The position numbers and the translations under genes were made by a program. From the NCBI GenBank assembly GCA_043228905.1, contig JBHGNT010000020.1, positions 10,726,001 to 10,790,000 on the forward strand: a DNA stretch of 64,000 nucleotides, in the 5' to 3' direction. The stretch's first letter is position 1; each line of letters opens with the position of its first letter. This document shows positions 37,735 through 50,600 of the stretch, one piece after another. The DNA is from Azolla caroliniana (taxonomy: Eukaryota > Plantae > Polypodiophyta). The notes under the pieces were generated by a model, which was given only the letters and a program-made list of their open reading frames with translations, did not search any database and had not been told where the DNA came from.

Positions 37735-39212
37735 TAACTTACGCATGCTCAATAATAAGTTGGGTGACTTGATTATTAAGTTAAACATTTGAGTTGGGCG
37801 ACATCATCACTAAGTTGGGTGACCTAAAAATATGAGTTGAGTGACATCATTAATAAGTTGGGCGAGCTGATTTTTAACTTACACAAGCTCATTAATCAGT
37901 TGGGTGACTGCATTGTACGCCTGAAAATACACCGAATTTGATAGAAATGGAGTATAATGCAATATTCCATTAAGAAAAAACTATGTTACGAGCATACACA
38001 CAAATTTCGCCTTTCCGAGTTAGCATACACACGAACTATTTCTAACATTTTCTAACATTGAATATGATTTTCCAAAAATTGTATTCCATCAATTGAAGAT
38101 TGAGAGATTATTCCAAGTTTCACAAAATATGATCCGCAAGATAAAAATGGGTAGATATTCCATTAATAAGGCAATTGATATACGATGTATGGCGGGATCG
38201 CCATATACAATATAAGGCAATATTGCATCGAAAATGCAAATTTGCCAAAATCGTGGATGATCACGAACACCGAAATCCCAAAACATGCAAGATAAAAAAG
38301 AGTACATATTCTATTAATAAGGCAATTCGATATATAATGTATGGCGAGATCACTATATTCAAAATGTTACAATATACAATATAAGGCAATATTGTATCCA
38401 AGAAACAAAATTTACAAAATCTATCTTCATCACGAACACAAAAATCCCAAAAACCCTTTGTGCCCACCCTACAATATTGATCTGAAGGCGATCCACATTT
38501 TTGTGTCTAAACCACCTCTTTGTGCCATAGAACCAAATACCTATAAGAGCTAAGATCTATAAAATCCACATCCAACATCCAAATCCAATCATACTTACAA
38601 AAACTGGAGATGTCGAGTCAAGAATAAACTCCTCTATTAGCTTTTGTATGGTCTTCATCACGTAAAAGCCACAATCCTAACCACTTGGTTGAGTTGGTAT
38701 GTGCAGTACATGATGTCGACCCTCCAACACGATGCAATGGTTGTCCGTTGCACTACATATTGTGTTTATCGCGATATCTGCAAGACTCTTTACGGTGCTA
38801 ATCGCCTCGTTTTCATTAGATCATAGAAGACTACTCCGTTGGTGACCCTAGAAACTTTGTGCTGCAACTTTGTCCACAACACCCAATGGCTTTATACCAC
38901 AATCAGAATGAAGAAGTCACGCTCGAACACACATATGAGGATGTCCTACACCTTAGAAGTTTACTTGTGTACCCGACTATTGTGAACCATTCTGACACCA
39001 CTCGGCCCAACGAGTACTCCATCCACATGGTGAATAATGTCATGGTTCATGTGGATGCCATTTTCTCCCTCCTTGCACATCTTCTGAATATCCAACTCCG
39101 TCACGCCAACGGCGAGATCGAGCCTTCGGCGTGCAAGTTGGTACTTATTTTAAAGAAGAAACGCAATTTGAATCAAGCCACACTTAAAGGCTACAAGTTT
39201 AGAAATCTTAAT

Positions 39213-41800
39213 ATGATCGTGTTGATTGGGAATTCCTTCAGGGTACTCTTGTAAGATTGGGTTTTCCGGAGAAATGGGTGATAGGAGTGTCTTCTTTGTA
39301 TAATTCAGCATGCAGTTCTGTTTTGGCTGGAGGGGTTAAAGGTGATGAGTTTCAAATTTCCCGAAGTGTAAGACAAGGTTGTCCACTTGCACCATATTTA
39401 TTTCTGTTTTTTGCTGAAGCAATGAGTTTGTTTTTGACTGCTGAAGATGTTGGATTAAAAGGAATAGCAATGCCCATTGATGGGACAAATGTGGTTGATG
39501 TAGAATTTGCTGATGACACAAGTTTGTATCTGGATTGTCACAATAATAATCTGCAGAACATGTACACAGCAATGCAAACATTTTGTATAGCTGCAGGTGC
39601 AGCAATTAATTGGAATAAATCAGTGGGTTTTTGGGTGTCGTCCGATTCCACAACTCCACAATGGAGTCCTCATCCAGATTTCAGATGGGTTCCCGAGGGC
39701 AATTCAGTTAGATATTTGGGATGTCAAGTAGGGTTGAATATTTCTTCAGAAATTCAGGTTGCTTCTTTGTTATTGAAAATTAGGAAAAAACTTATGTTTT
39801 GGAGTAAAGCTAAACTATCATTTGCGGGTAGAGTGATAGTCGTTAATCATGTTTTGTTGTCTAGTCTCTGGTATATTATGTCATGTTGGAGTTTTTCGAG
39901 ATCATGTATGGGACAATTGCAAAGATTGATTCGAAATTATTTGTGGTCTGGTAATGATGGAAGCCATGCTAGGGCAAAAGTCTCTTGGTCCACAATTGTT
40001 AAGCCATTGGATCAAGGAGGATTAGGGATTGTGGATCCATTACAACAATCGAAAGCTTTAATGGCAAAATTGGTGATTCGAGGATTATTGCCAGGATCGG
40101 AACCTTGGAAACAATTGTTGTTTTATGAATTGCAAAGGTTTTGTCCCAAGACGGGTGGAGATTGGACGCCTAGTGCTAGATGGGCTTTTATGGAACATAA
40201 TAAATTGGCTATTGCTACAAGTTGGGAAGATAGATTTGCTCGATGTGTTCTTAAAGCATGGAAAGATATTTCTCGTGATTTAGTTAAGACATTGCCAAAA
40301 ACAGAATCTGAATTCTGTAGGCAACCGCTGATTTGGAATTCATGGTTGACTGACCTAAGAGGACAAATGTTGGGAAAGCGTACTAAATGTGCATGGGCAG
40401 AATTAGATCGTGGGCCAGCACAGTCTATAGGTGCATGGATAACTTTTTTGTCTAAATCTATAGATCAACAAATGCTATTAATTAGTAATATAAGGGGTGG
40501 GAAGATAATGTATTCTGCGATCCAGAATGCCCTTGTTAATGTTCAAATGCAAATTGGATATACTACACACAAGTGGATGGGTTTATTTACTCCATTGGAT
40601 GTTTTAATTGGAGTGAAAGCCTATATTGGGGAACAAGAATGCATGACTTTTGATGTACAGGATGATGGTAGGTTAATCTGTACATCTATGGAACATGATT
40701 TGTTTAGTTTTTGTTTACATAAAGAAGTGAGGGTGATTGCAAATGATGGATCAAATTGGGTATTAGACCCGGATCCTCAAAAGGTGAATTGTTTGTGGAG
40801 GATTTGGATTTTGGAAAGGAGATCAATATCTACACTAACTTGGGATCCTGGAGAACTGTATTGGAAGGTGAGGATGCAAGATAACATCAAATATGTGCCG
40901 TTTTTTCAGTATTCTGTGAGGATTGGTAGGAAAGTATTAGCTGCTAGATCATGGAAAGAACCAACTGCAAATATTGTTTGGAGACGAAATGACCTTTCTC
41001 CACAACATCTTAAACAATTTTGGAAATGGTTATGGGGTATAAAGATGAGTAGGAAAATTGTTGGTTTTCGATGGTTGTTGGTTCATAATGCTATACCAGT
41101 TAATGGGTGGCGAAAAGGAAATGTAGACAAGATGTGTCCTTTTTGTACAGGTGTAATAGAGACTGCTAAACATTGTTTGTGGAGTTGTGGTTTTGCTATG
41201 GATATATGGAAACAAATTATAAAATTGTTAATTCCAATATATCCTAGAGCAGTGTACACATGGGGTGCAGTATTATGGGCAGCGGTACATGATAAACCGA
41301 TGGAATATGAACATGAGGAGGTTGCGGATGCTATTATGGTGAGGCATGGTATGATGGAAAAAATTTTGATCCCTCTGAATCCACAAATACAAACTGATAA
41401 ACCTCAAATATGGCAATTGGTAAGCAGTATTACAATTTGGTATATTTGGAAGGCTCGATGTTTGAAGGTATTTCAAAATATGACTGAAAGACCTGCTCAA
41501 ATAATCTCCGGAATTTGGATAGAGATTGTACATAATCTTAGAGGGATTTTGGATGGTATAAAAGGTAATACGCATCAAGCGGAGCTTAGGCGGGTGGAGT
41601 TTCATGCCATTTGGGACATAGGTATATTTTATGGACGGTATTTTGGTAAGGTGGAGTGGTTCTACTCAACACCAAAGTGTTTATTCAAGCCAATGGTTAG
41701 ACTTTAGAAAAATATAGGGGATCGGTATAGCTTGTATGTTTAGCCTTATGGCGGTTTTCTAATACTAATGTAGTATCTTTTTTTGGAAAAAAAAAAAAAA
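39213..41800 (+). mobile_element. Young 5'-truncated L1-clade LINE
   Basis: 816-aa open frame with RT motifs (SVRQGCPLAP, FADD, RYLG) and a zf-RVT-like CPFC...ETAKHCLWSC; poly(A) 41787-41800; 18-bp TSD AAGTTTAGAAATCTTAAT (39195-39212, 41801-41818). Confidence 0.95.
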
Positions 41801-42539
41801 AAGTTTAGAAATCTTAATCCACAAATCAAATACCTGGAAAACTGCTTGTCCATTGTCATGAAGGATTGCGACTGTAGGAAAAAAGGGAGTCGAATGCGTG
41901 TGAACGAGGGGGTGCGAGGATGCACACGAACGAGGCTTATGTGTATATAGCGAACAAATGTAAATACCGAAGTATTGAAGTGCTAGTGTATGTGATTTAG
42001 ATGGGTACTTAAATGTCCCACAATAAGAGAGGAATAAAGTGTGGGAAGAGAGAAAATTGAGGGAGATCTCTGACGAAAACGGCTAACTTGATGACTGATG
42101 TAACGGCCTCTCCTTGAGCTATAAAGGGAGAGGATAGAGAGAGAAAAAGGTTTTGATCATTTTGGAGGTCGAAGTGTTGCCGGTTTGTGATTCGAAGCTC
42201 TGTCGATTTCCTATGTTGTTTATCCGTCACGAGTTGGTGAGGCCTTTACTCGCGAAGGAAGGCCGTGTGCTCCCGACCAGAGGCTCATCTGTAACCGTGT
42301 GTGTGCGTGTGTAGAGCTCGAAGCTTTGTCATCGGTCGAGTCTGGTTGTAACCTCATTCTATTTTCCAATTAATCATTAAGTTTTGTTATCTCTCTCAAT
42401 GTTCGGAGCATCCTTGTCTCTGTTTTTTGTTTACCTTCTCGTGTTCATTTGCATTTCAAGCCCAAAATGTATGTACAACGAAGTCACAAGCTAATGTATG
42501 TGGTGGGGATGTGGTATCAAAATCATCTAATATGCATGT

Positions 42540-43013
42540 TGTTAAGAGTCTATTACTAATCAATAGACCAAATCAAGTAAAAAGGAAGAAAATAGATTGG
42601 ATAGAAGAACCCGTTCCACCCGACCACCCCCGAGCTATGATCTAGACATAGCCAACCTACCACTGACGTCCCATACCGCCGGATATTAGGATGACTAATA
42701 CCTTGGAAGAGATAAACACGATCGTCGAGACGAAAGCCTAGCCCGCACCACCGGTGTCTACGACAGCAGCCTTCCGACGTGATTATCCCTATGAGGGTAG
42801 CTAAGCCTCATATTTATACCTTTTCCTAGGCCCCTTGAATAGATGTGCCTTTCTAAAAGGCTCTCTATTCATTGGTTGTCTAAATCATGATAGTGCATGC
42901 ACATATCATTCATTCTATCCAATCATTAGTCCCCTTTTTAATAATAGTGAACATACCCTTCACTAATGTAAATATTAGTGACCTACCCTCACCAACGTTA
43001 TGTGTACATAACA
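42540..43013. mobile_element. Solo LTR inserted in the LINE ORF1
   Basis: TGTTA...TAACA termini with 5-bp TSD CATGT (42535-42539, 43014-43018). Confidence 0.85.
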
Positions 43014-46000
43014 CATGTGATGCATCAAGAGAAGAATATAGAAAGCATAGATGTTCGAGAATTGAAAGAACGTGAACGACGATCAAATAACACTATCATT
43101 CGTGGGATTAAAGAGGAGAGTATGGAAACACCCGCATCCATCAGAAAGGCCATTGGTGAAATTTTTAGCATGCATTATGGGATGTCGGATGTGAATGTAT
43201 TTGGGGCACACCGAGTTGGGAAACATGGTGTTACTCGCTCCAAAGAAAGGTCTATTGTATGCACAATGACAGATGATACGAAGTGGCGGATCATACTCAA
43301 AAATAGTTGGGTATACCTCAAAGGTACACAATGCTTTGTGAGTGAAGATCGTACTATTTGACAACAAAATGCCCGTCGTAACGCATATGAAGAAAGATTG
43401 AAAATAAAGGTTAAGGATGGGCCTAAATATGGAAATGTAGGCAAATAGGGACACGTGACCTATGAGACTAACCCACGTCTTTTATGACTATGCTTTTGGA
43501 ATTGCAATGGATACCCATGGAATGCGGGATTTGGCATAGAGGAGGAGTTCACCTCGGATATCACACTTCTTGTTGAAACATGGGAGCATGATACTTAAAG
43601 GATTCAAGGGTTAGGAAACTATAATGTACATTCTTTGATATGGGAGAAAAATCCAAGACAAAGGAAGGGGACAAGGAGGGGTGGCATGTTTGATTAAGAA
43701 GGAAATAGTGAAATATGTGTCAATCGTAAAAAACAATGAACATAAATGCTACTTCTAGCTCAAAATAGAAACACCGAAAGATTTTCCCACTTTTGTAGTT
43801 GGATGTTACATTCCTCATCAAGATTCTAACTTTTATGCTTGTTTGGATAAAGATCAACCTTTTGTCAATCTAGAAGATGATATTGATTATTTCAAATCCA
43901 AAGGGGAAGTTATTTTCTTTGGTGACATGAATGCTCGTACAAGAGGTTTCCAACTTGATTCACAAGAATCTTTCATGTCACATATCTCAAGGGTGCAAGA
44001 GGATATGCAAATGTATAACCGCTCTTCTAGTGATGAAAAAGATCCAGACCAATTTGGGAAGTTATTCCTACAAATGTGCAATAGTACCAGATTGCTTATT
44101 GCACATGGTGTTTCCTTATGGCCCAACACTAATGGTTTTGCATGTAGAAAACATAACGGCAATAGTGTGATTGACTATGTGCTACTTTTCGAAGGTATTT
44201 TTGATCATATACATAAATTCTCACTTGGTGAATGGACACCAGAATCCGATCATAGGGCTTTATGTATTGATCTGAAATGTATGCATAGGTTTGATTGTGA
44301 GAAGGCCATTGAAGATAATAAACAACCGCACTTGAGCATGAACCTTAAGTGAGTGCCCGTGTATTCTAAGATGGTTGAGCACATGTTAGAAATGACAAAG
44401 ATACAACATGGTGCCACACTATAATGCAAATGGGAAGGTTTTAAGGAAATCATTCTCTCTTGTATAAACAAATGTTTTTCGACCAACCGCACATATTGGA
44501 AATGCACCAAGAAATTTAGTTAAAAATGGTTTGATAAAAAATGTCGTGAAGCTCGAAAGTGCCTTATGGTTTTGGATATAGTTAAGGATAAAGAAAATTA
44601 CCAAAAGCATTTGCATGAGTATAAATGGCTAATTCAAAGAAAGAGAAGAATATGGGAAGTTACTCAACAATTTATCCAAACGCAAGAGAAAGCGCATGCA
44701 TGTGCTAAATTTTAGGGAAATCTAAAGGGGAAATGTGTTAAGAGTTATGGTGACTTAAATTCTTCACGACTTGTCTATGCATTGTAAGAATTTGTATGAG
44801 TTATCTCTTGTCGAAAAGATAATGTGTTATGGTTCTCTTTCACATATGTCTCCCTTCTTTACAATTGAAGATATATGCATAGGACTTAAGAAATTGGCCT
44901 CTCGAAGGCAAGCGATCTTCAATGTATAAAGGCTGAAATGCCCAAACAGATGAGAAAGGAACACATGTATGGATAAACTATATGTTTAATGATGCATTGC
45001 AACATGGTATGTCGCATGATTGGGCTACAAATTGGATCAAACCTTTACATAAAGGTGGAGATATAAATAATGTAAACAACTATCAAACCATCATGGTTGG
45101 CTTGCTAATAGCAAAACTATTTGGATGTAAAATGGAATCAAAGATAAGTGTATGGGCTGAAAAAAATGGTAAGAGAGCTTATGGACAAGTTGGTTTTCGA
45201 AAACACCATAACACCATTCATCACCTTAGAGGTATTAATGGAGGAAAGTAGCCTTAGAGGTAAAGGTTTATATTGTTGTTTTGTAGACTTTAAGAAAGCT
45301 TTTAATATGGTACCTCGTGAGCATCTTTGGAGGCGAATGGAAGAACTTGAGGTGCCAAGTGAATATATGCTTGCAAACTCCCCAATATATGAGAAGGTTA
45401 TATATTGTGTGTGTTTCGAATTTTTACAATAACACTATTGGTGTGAAACAAGAATGTCCACTCTCACTAACTCTATTTGGTCTATGCATTGATGGATTGG
45501 AAGAAATGGTTGCCAAGTTTGTAAAGGAAGAAGGTGTTGAAGAAGTTGCAATTGAGAATGTTGTCGTTATGCTTTTGCTATATGTAGATGATGTAGTGTT
45601 TTTTGCAAATACTTTAGGAGATGCGCAAAAGCTTATAAACGCATTGGAATTTTTTGGTATGCATACGAAATTAAGTGTTAATAGCTCTAAAACAAAGATT
45701 ATGCTTATGAAGAGTCAAAAAAGAGATAAACCATGCATTATGTACAATAATGAGCCACTTGAATGCGTGGAAAGCTTCAAATATCTTGGCCTTAAAGTTC
45801 TGTTAAATCATAGATGGAATGAATGTGCTACACGCCGCTTAGAGGTGGGTAAGCGAGCGTACTATGCATTTGAGAACACATGCAATCTTGGGGATATTAA
45901 GTGTTGGGTCCTCAAGAAATATATTTTTCACACTTTGGTGACACCAGTGCTTCTCTATGGGGTGAAAGTATGGGGCGATAGAATCCCCAAATCTACGTGG

Positions 46001-46829
46001 AAAGAGTTAAAAAATGTCGAAAAACATTTTCTATAAAGTTTCTACAAGTTAAGAAACAAACACCCTACACCCTCCACCAACTTGAGACGGGATCGCTTCC
46101 CGTTGAGATCATGGCCATGGAAATGGTTGTTGAATACATGCTTAAGGTTCAAAAAAGTCACTCACATCGACTTCTTATAATTGCATGGGAAGCAAGCAAA
46201 AAGATCCAAAAGACACATAAAAACAAAATTTTGTGTTTCGGTTGGAGGCAAGATATGGAAAAATGGTTTGGTAGATGGGATGCAAGACACACTGTTTCAT
46301 GATGCATCACTAGATTCCTCTATAAATGAGGCATTTTTGTAACGCCAATGTATCATGACATGGGACAAATGTGGAGGCTCACGCTTCAAACATTATACTA
46401 CACATGTTGCACCTAACTACAAAATCATATTCTTCGTGGAACATGGAAACCATACACAACAATACATGTTAGAGCCCATCCTGTTATCTACCATTCTAAA
46501 CATTGCTTCTAAGCGACTTAACTCACATACATTGCGATGTGAGACGGGGCGTTGGGGCACAAGTGATGAGAGTGGTTGACTATGCACACTTAGCCCTAAA
46601 CAAGTGCGAGAGTCTGAGTATCATACTTTGATACAATGCTCTGCCTTTGATTATATTCAACCATGCTTTCCACACATCTTCGGTCGAGCTCAATCCTTGC
46701 ACGAATTTCTCTCACAACCACAATGTGCACTCTTGATTGCAACATTGATTGGTAAAGTTCTTGAACATCGAGAGTCGCTACTCACTTTCACACGTATCAC
46801 GTGAAATGTAATATTTTTGGTCTCATAGT

Positions 46830-47215
46830 TAAAAGTTGGCAATGGTTTTGTTTGAACTGAACCGAATTGCGAAACCAAGGCTTAACGGTTCGGTTCGGTT
46901 CAGGTAAAGGTTTTTTTTTTAACAGTTCGGTTTTAATAGTTAGAAATCGTAGTTTAAATGGTTCGGGTTTAAAAATTTTTAAAAATTGTTTTTAAACAAT
47001 CGTTTCATTTGCACGTCTTATTCTTGGGTTTTTAGGAAAATCTTTAAAATTTTGAAAATTAAAATAATAAAGATTTAAAAATTTAAAAATTTAAAAATTG
47101 AATTTAAACCTAAGTTGAAAACAAAACCGTGGTTTGGTTCGGTTCAGGTTAAATTTTTTTTAAACGGTTCGGTTTTGACCCACTCAAACCGAACCGAACC
47201 GTTGCCGATGTGTTA
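46830..47215. mobile_element. MITE inserted in the LINE 3' UTR
   Basis: TIR-like TTGGCAATGGTT / AACCGTTGCCGA. The flanks TCTCATAG and GTCATATTTGAC are contiguous in the uninterrupted copy at 58965-58984. Confidence 0.75.
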
Positions 47216-47657
47216 CTCATGGTGTGTCATATTTGACTTCCGAAGACAAGAGAATAGAATGTATGTATGTTTTCTCATTTTTATAAACTCTTATTAATTA
47301 ACAACCAAAACAACATAAAAAAGAGAGAGAGAGAGAGAGAAACAGAGAAAAGCCATTTCAAAACCCCAACAAAAAGACACTAATAATAATAAAGAAAACT
47401 CTGCTCCTCTGCAAGCAAATGGCGTAAAACCCTCCTCCTCCTCCTCCTCCTCTCTCTGCGCCGCATTTGAAACCCTAATAATGCCGACGCAGACGGAACA
47501 GACAGTTCTGAAAAGGAGGCGACAGAAAGAAAGAGTAATGGCTTCAAGGAGGAGGGACGATGGACGAAGGGCTTAAAACGAGGAAGACGTAAGAAATAAT
47601 CAGGAAGAAAGAAGCATCAGAAGAAGAAGAAGAAGAAGAAGAAGAAGCCAGCCAGCC

Positions 47658-50600
47658 ATGGCATCTTGGTCTCTACTTATGCATTCTCAGCGGCGCAAGG
47701 TATTTCTATCTATCTATGTCTATATCTACGTCTTCTTCTTCACTCAGTTTTCCCTGTTTACTCCCAAGTACAGACTTCTGCTTCCACTTATTTCACATTG
47801 TCTTCCAGCATTTTATTCTTCTTCTTCTTTGTAGATGAACCATTATTTCCATGCTCCGAGGAAGTGTTTCCATAGCTCAAAACTAAGGCTGCAAGAAATC
47901 ATTGCAGAAGAGCCTTCATCTTGGAGGCTATTCCCAGGTAAGGTTCACATTGTAATTTTTAGCCTCAGCAACGACTTAAAGAAAGAAGTCATGGATATAA
48001 ATCTATTTCGAAGAATTTATTATCCCTTTAAGAGAGTATTTCATAGACACGGATGTATTTACAGCCGTTTATCTCTGGTGAGAATTTCATTTTACTTCAT
48101 TCCTTAATGAATGAGAAATTTACAGGACAGTTAGCAAAAACTTGTCAGTGAAAAACGGCACAATATCCCTCACCTTTTTCCTCGTCCATCCAAAATAGTT
48201 TATGTACCTCTCTCTCTCTCAATTGTGTGGGCACAAAATGGTTTTGCCGTATAAAAAGAATATGGACCAAGGATGAAACCCATCCTCTCAATTTTGTGAG
48301 TTGAATCTCATACAGGCATATGTCCACTTCTCCTGATCGTTGTGTGTTTGTTTGTGTCTAACTCTACGGTAAAAATCTAATTGTTAAAATTTTCAAGTGT
48401 GTATCATCAAGATATTGTGTGAGATATTTGCTTAGCGTGTCAAAATAATAGGACAAACCTTCTTTCTTAAGCTGTGACTCATGATCCTTGAACAGTGTTT
48501 AGTTTGGTTTGCAAATTCATATATTGATTTGTGTACAATTGGAATTTGAATTCTTACATTTTATGCATTTTGGAACAAATTTTCAGCCAAAGGAGAAGTT
48601 TTTGAGGAACAGGCACAATTTGGACCTCATACTATCACTTTCCAAACTGGAAAAATAGCACGTTTTGCTGCTGGTGCAGTTGTTGTGGGCATCAAGGACA
48701 CAAAAGTGCTAGCAACAGTTGTGGGAGCTTCTAAATTAGAAGAAGCCAAGGGTTTCATGCCTCTTCAGGTGGATTATTCTGGAATGTCATTTTGAAGCGA
48801 TTCATGAACCGCACCTTATAGTAGATAATGTCACATTGCACTTCTAAGTATATATATTGAAAGTATATAGGAGTGTATTTCTTAAATGCAAAGGATTTAT
48901 CAATTTATTGTTATTTTGATTATACAACCCTGGTCAAGAAAGAAAGATCAAGAATTTGTTGAGAGGCACTTGAGTGTTACTACTTGTGGCATGAATCATT
49001 CAGACTTTCTGTTTAAACAAGTTATTTGGGAAGTTGAATCAAAATGCAAAAATATAGACACTTTCCTTCTCATCCAATGAGCCAGACTTTTTTTTAACAT
49101 GGATTAGATGTTAAAATGTGAATAACTAGAATCTGTACCAGGTGAGCTTATGCTATCTGTTGAACAGGTGGAATATAGGGAAAAACAATATGCGCAAGGA
49201 AAAATTCCAAACAACTTTATGCGCAGAGAAGGGGCACCTAAAGAGCGAGAGCTTCTAGTTAGTCGAGTAATGGACAGATCTATTCGCCCTCTTTTCCCCA
49301 AAGGATACTATTATGAAAGCCAGGTTTGCTCTGTTATGTCTTAAAATGATGTAATATTCTTTTATATTAAATGCTGAATATGTGCATTGTTAGTGACTAA
49401 TGTTGTAGTATGAATGGATCATCGACAGATATCAGATATTTCACGTTTCATCTGGAATTTAATACTAATGGAACCTAATATTTATTGCACAGTAAAAATT
49501 GGTTGTAACTTGAAAGGAATAATGTTGTGTACATGTTGTATTGAACCACCTGCATGAAGGGAAAATGATTGAACATGGTAATGGAAAACCTTTATATGGC
49601 TATGCTTTTTCATCCTCATTCATTCTTAATCTACTTGTTAGATTAACAATGACAAACCTAAGGAGTGGAACAACATGATAGCAATAGGTTCACCCATAGA
49701 AAGTTTTTTGTGATATCTTGAATGAATACTATACAATGGTTAGCTCGAAAGGTTAGTGTGTTGGGGGCAGCTGAATCTACCAAGAACAGGTTGTCAGTCA
49801 CAGGTGGGAACTGGTCGATGCCTAAGTTGAAGTGGTGTCTGAGGCTGATCACCATGTGCTCACATGAATCTCTCTCTTTTACATGGACATGATAGAGGTC
49901 TCTAGAGAGTGAGGCCTCCGTGAATGTTTAGATCTCTTACTTACTGAAGATAGAGTATCATTTGACAAAGCACCAATCCTCATTGCCTTAGTTGCAAAAG
50001 AGACTCCTAGATTACAAATAATACAATGCTCACCAATTTCATGTTACATAGTCCTGCCCATTACATACAAATCTCCCTCCCTCTCACAAATCACATTTAC
50101 AATGTATTCTCCATTGAGCCATCTTTCAGATCCCTCTTTCTCTTATATGCATGGTCTTATATAAACAAATGCCACCCAAGGCATACACTACATATTCTGC
50201 CTGGAGAGGTGTAGTAATAACTAGTGGGTGTGGGGTCTATTGCCATATTCTCTTGCCTTCAGTGTTGAGTGGCGATTGTTATATTGTGTAAAAAGTGTTA
50301 TGTATATTCCCCATGCCTGCATGATTAGGTATAAGGGATGTTCTATCGTCCACACACTAGGTGGTACTTCATGTTTGTAAGGGTGAGTTCTTGTTCCTTC
50401 AACATGATGCCCCCATAATTATTATCTCTTTAATATTATCCTATTTTAGATTGTTTTCAATCTAGAAATGATATAATTTATTAATGTATTCTGCTGGCTG
50501 TACATCTATTTTGATATCACATTTAACAAGTAGTTCCAGCATGCCATTAATCTTTGCATGAGTTGCTTGCTCAATGTGAATTTCCTTTTATGATCCTTTC

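Larger units (their letters stand above)
42150..47270 (+). mobile_element. Near full-length decayed RTE-X-like LINE (ORF1, APE endonuclease, RT, C-terminal zinc finger)
   Basis: ORF1 RRSNNTIIRGIKE...HRVG; EN GDMNAR, SVIDYVL, SDHRAL; RT CFVDFKKAF, GVKQECPLS, LLYVDD, FKYLG; C-terminal RCETGRW...ESEYHTLIQC; (TGTA)n tail near 47260. The 5' end is approximate and the clade call is inferred from domain order. Confidence 0.8.
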
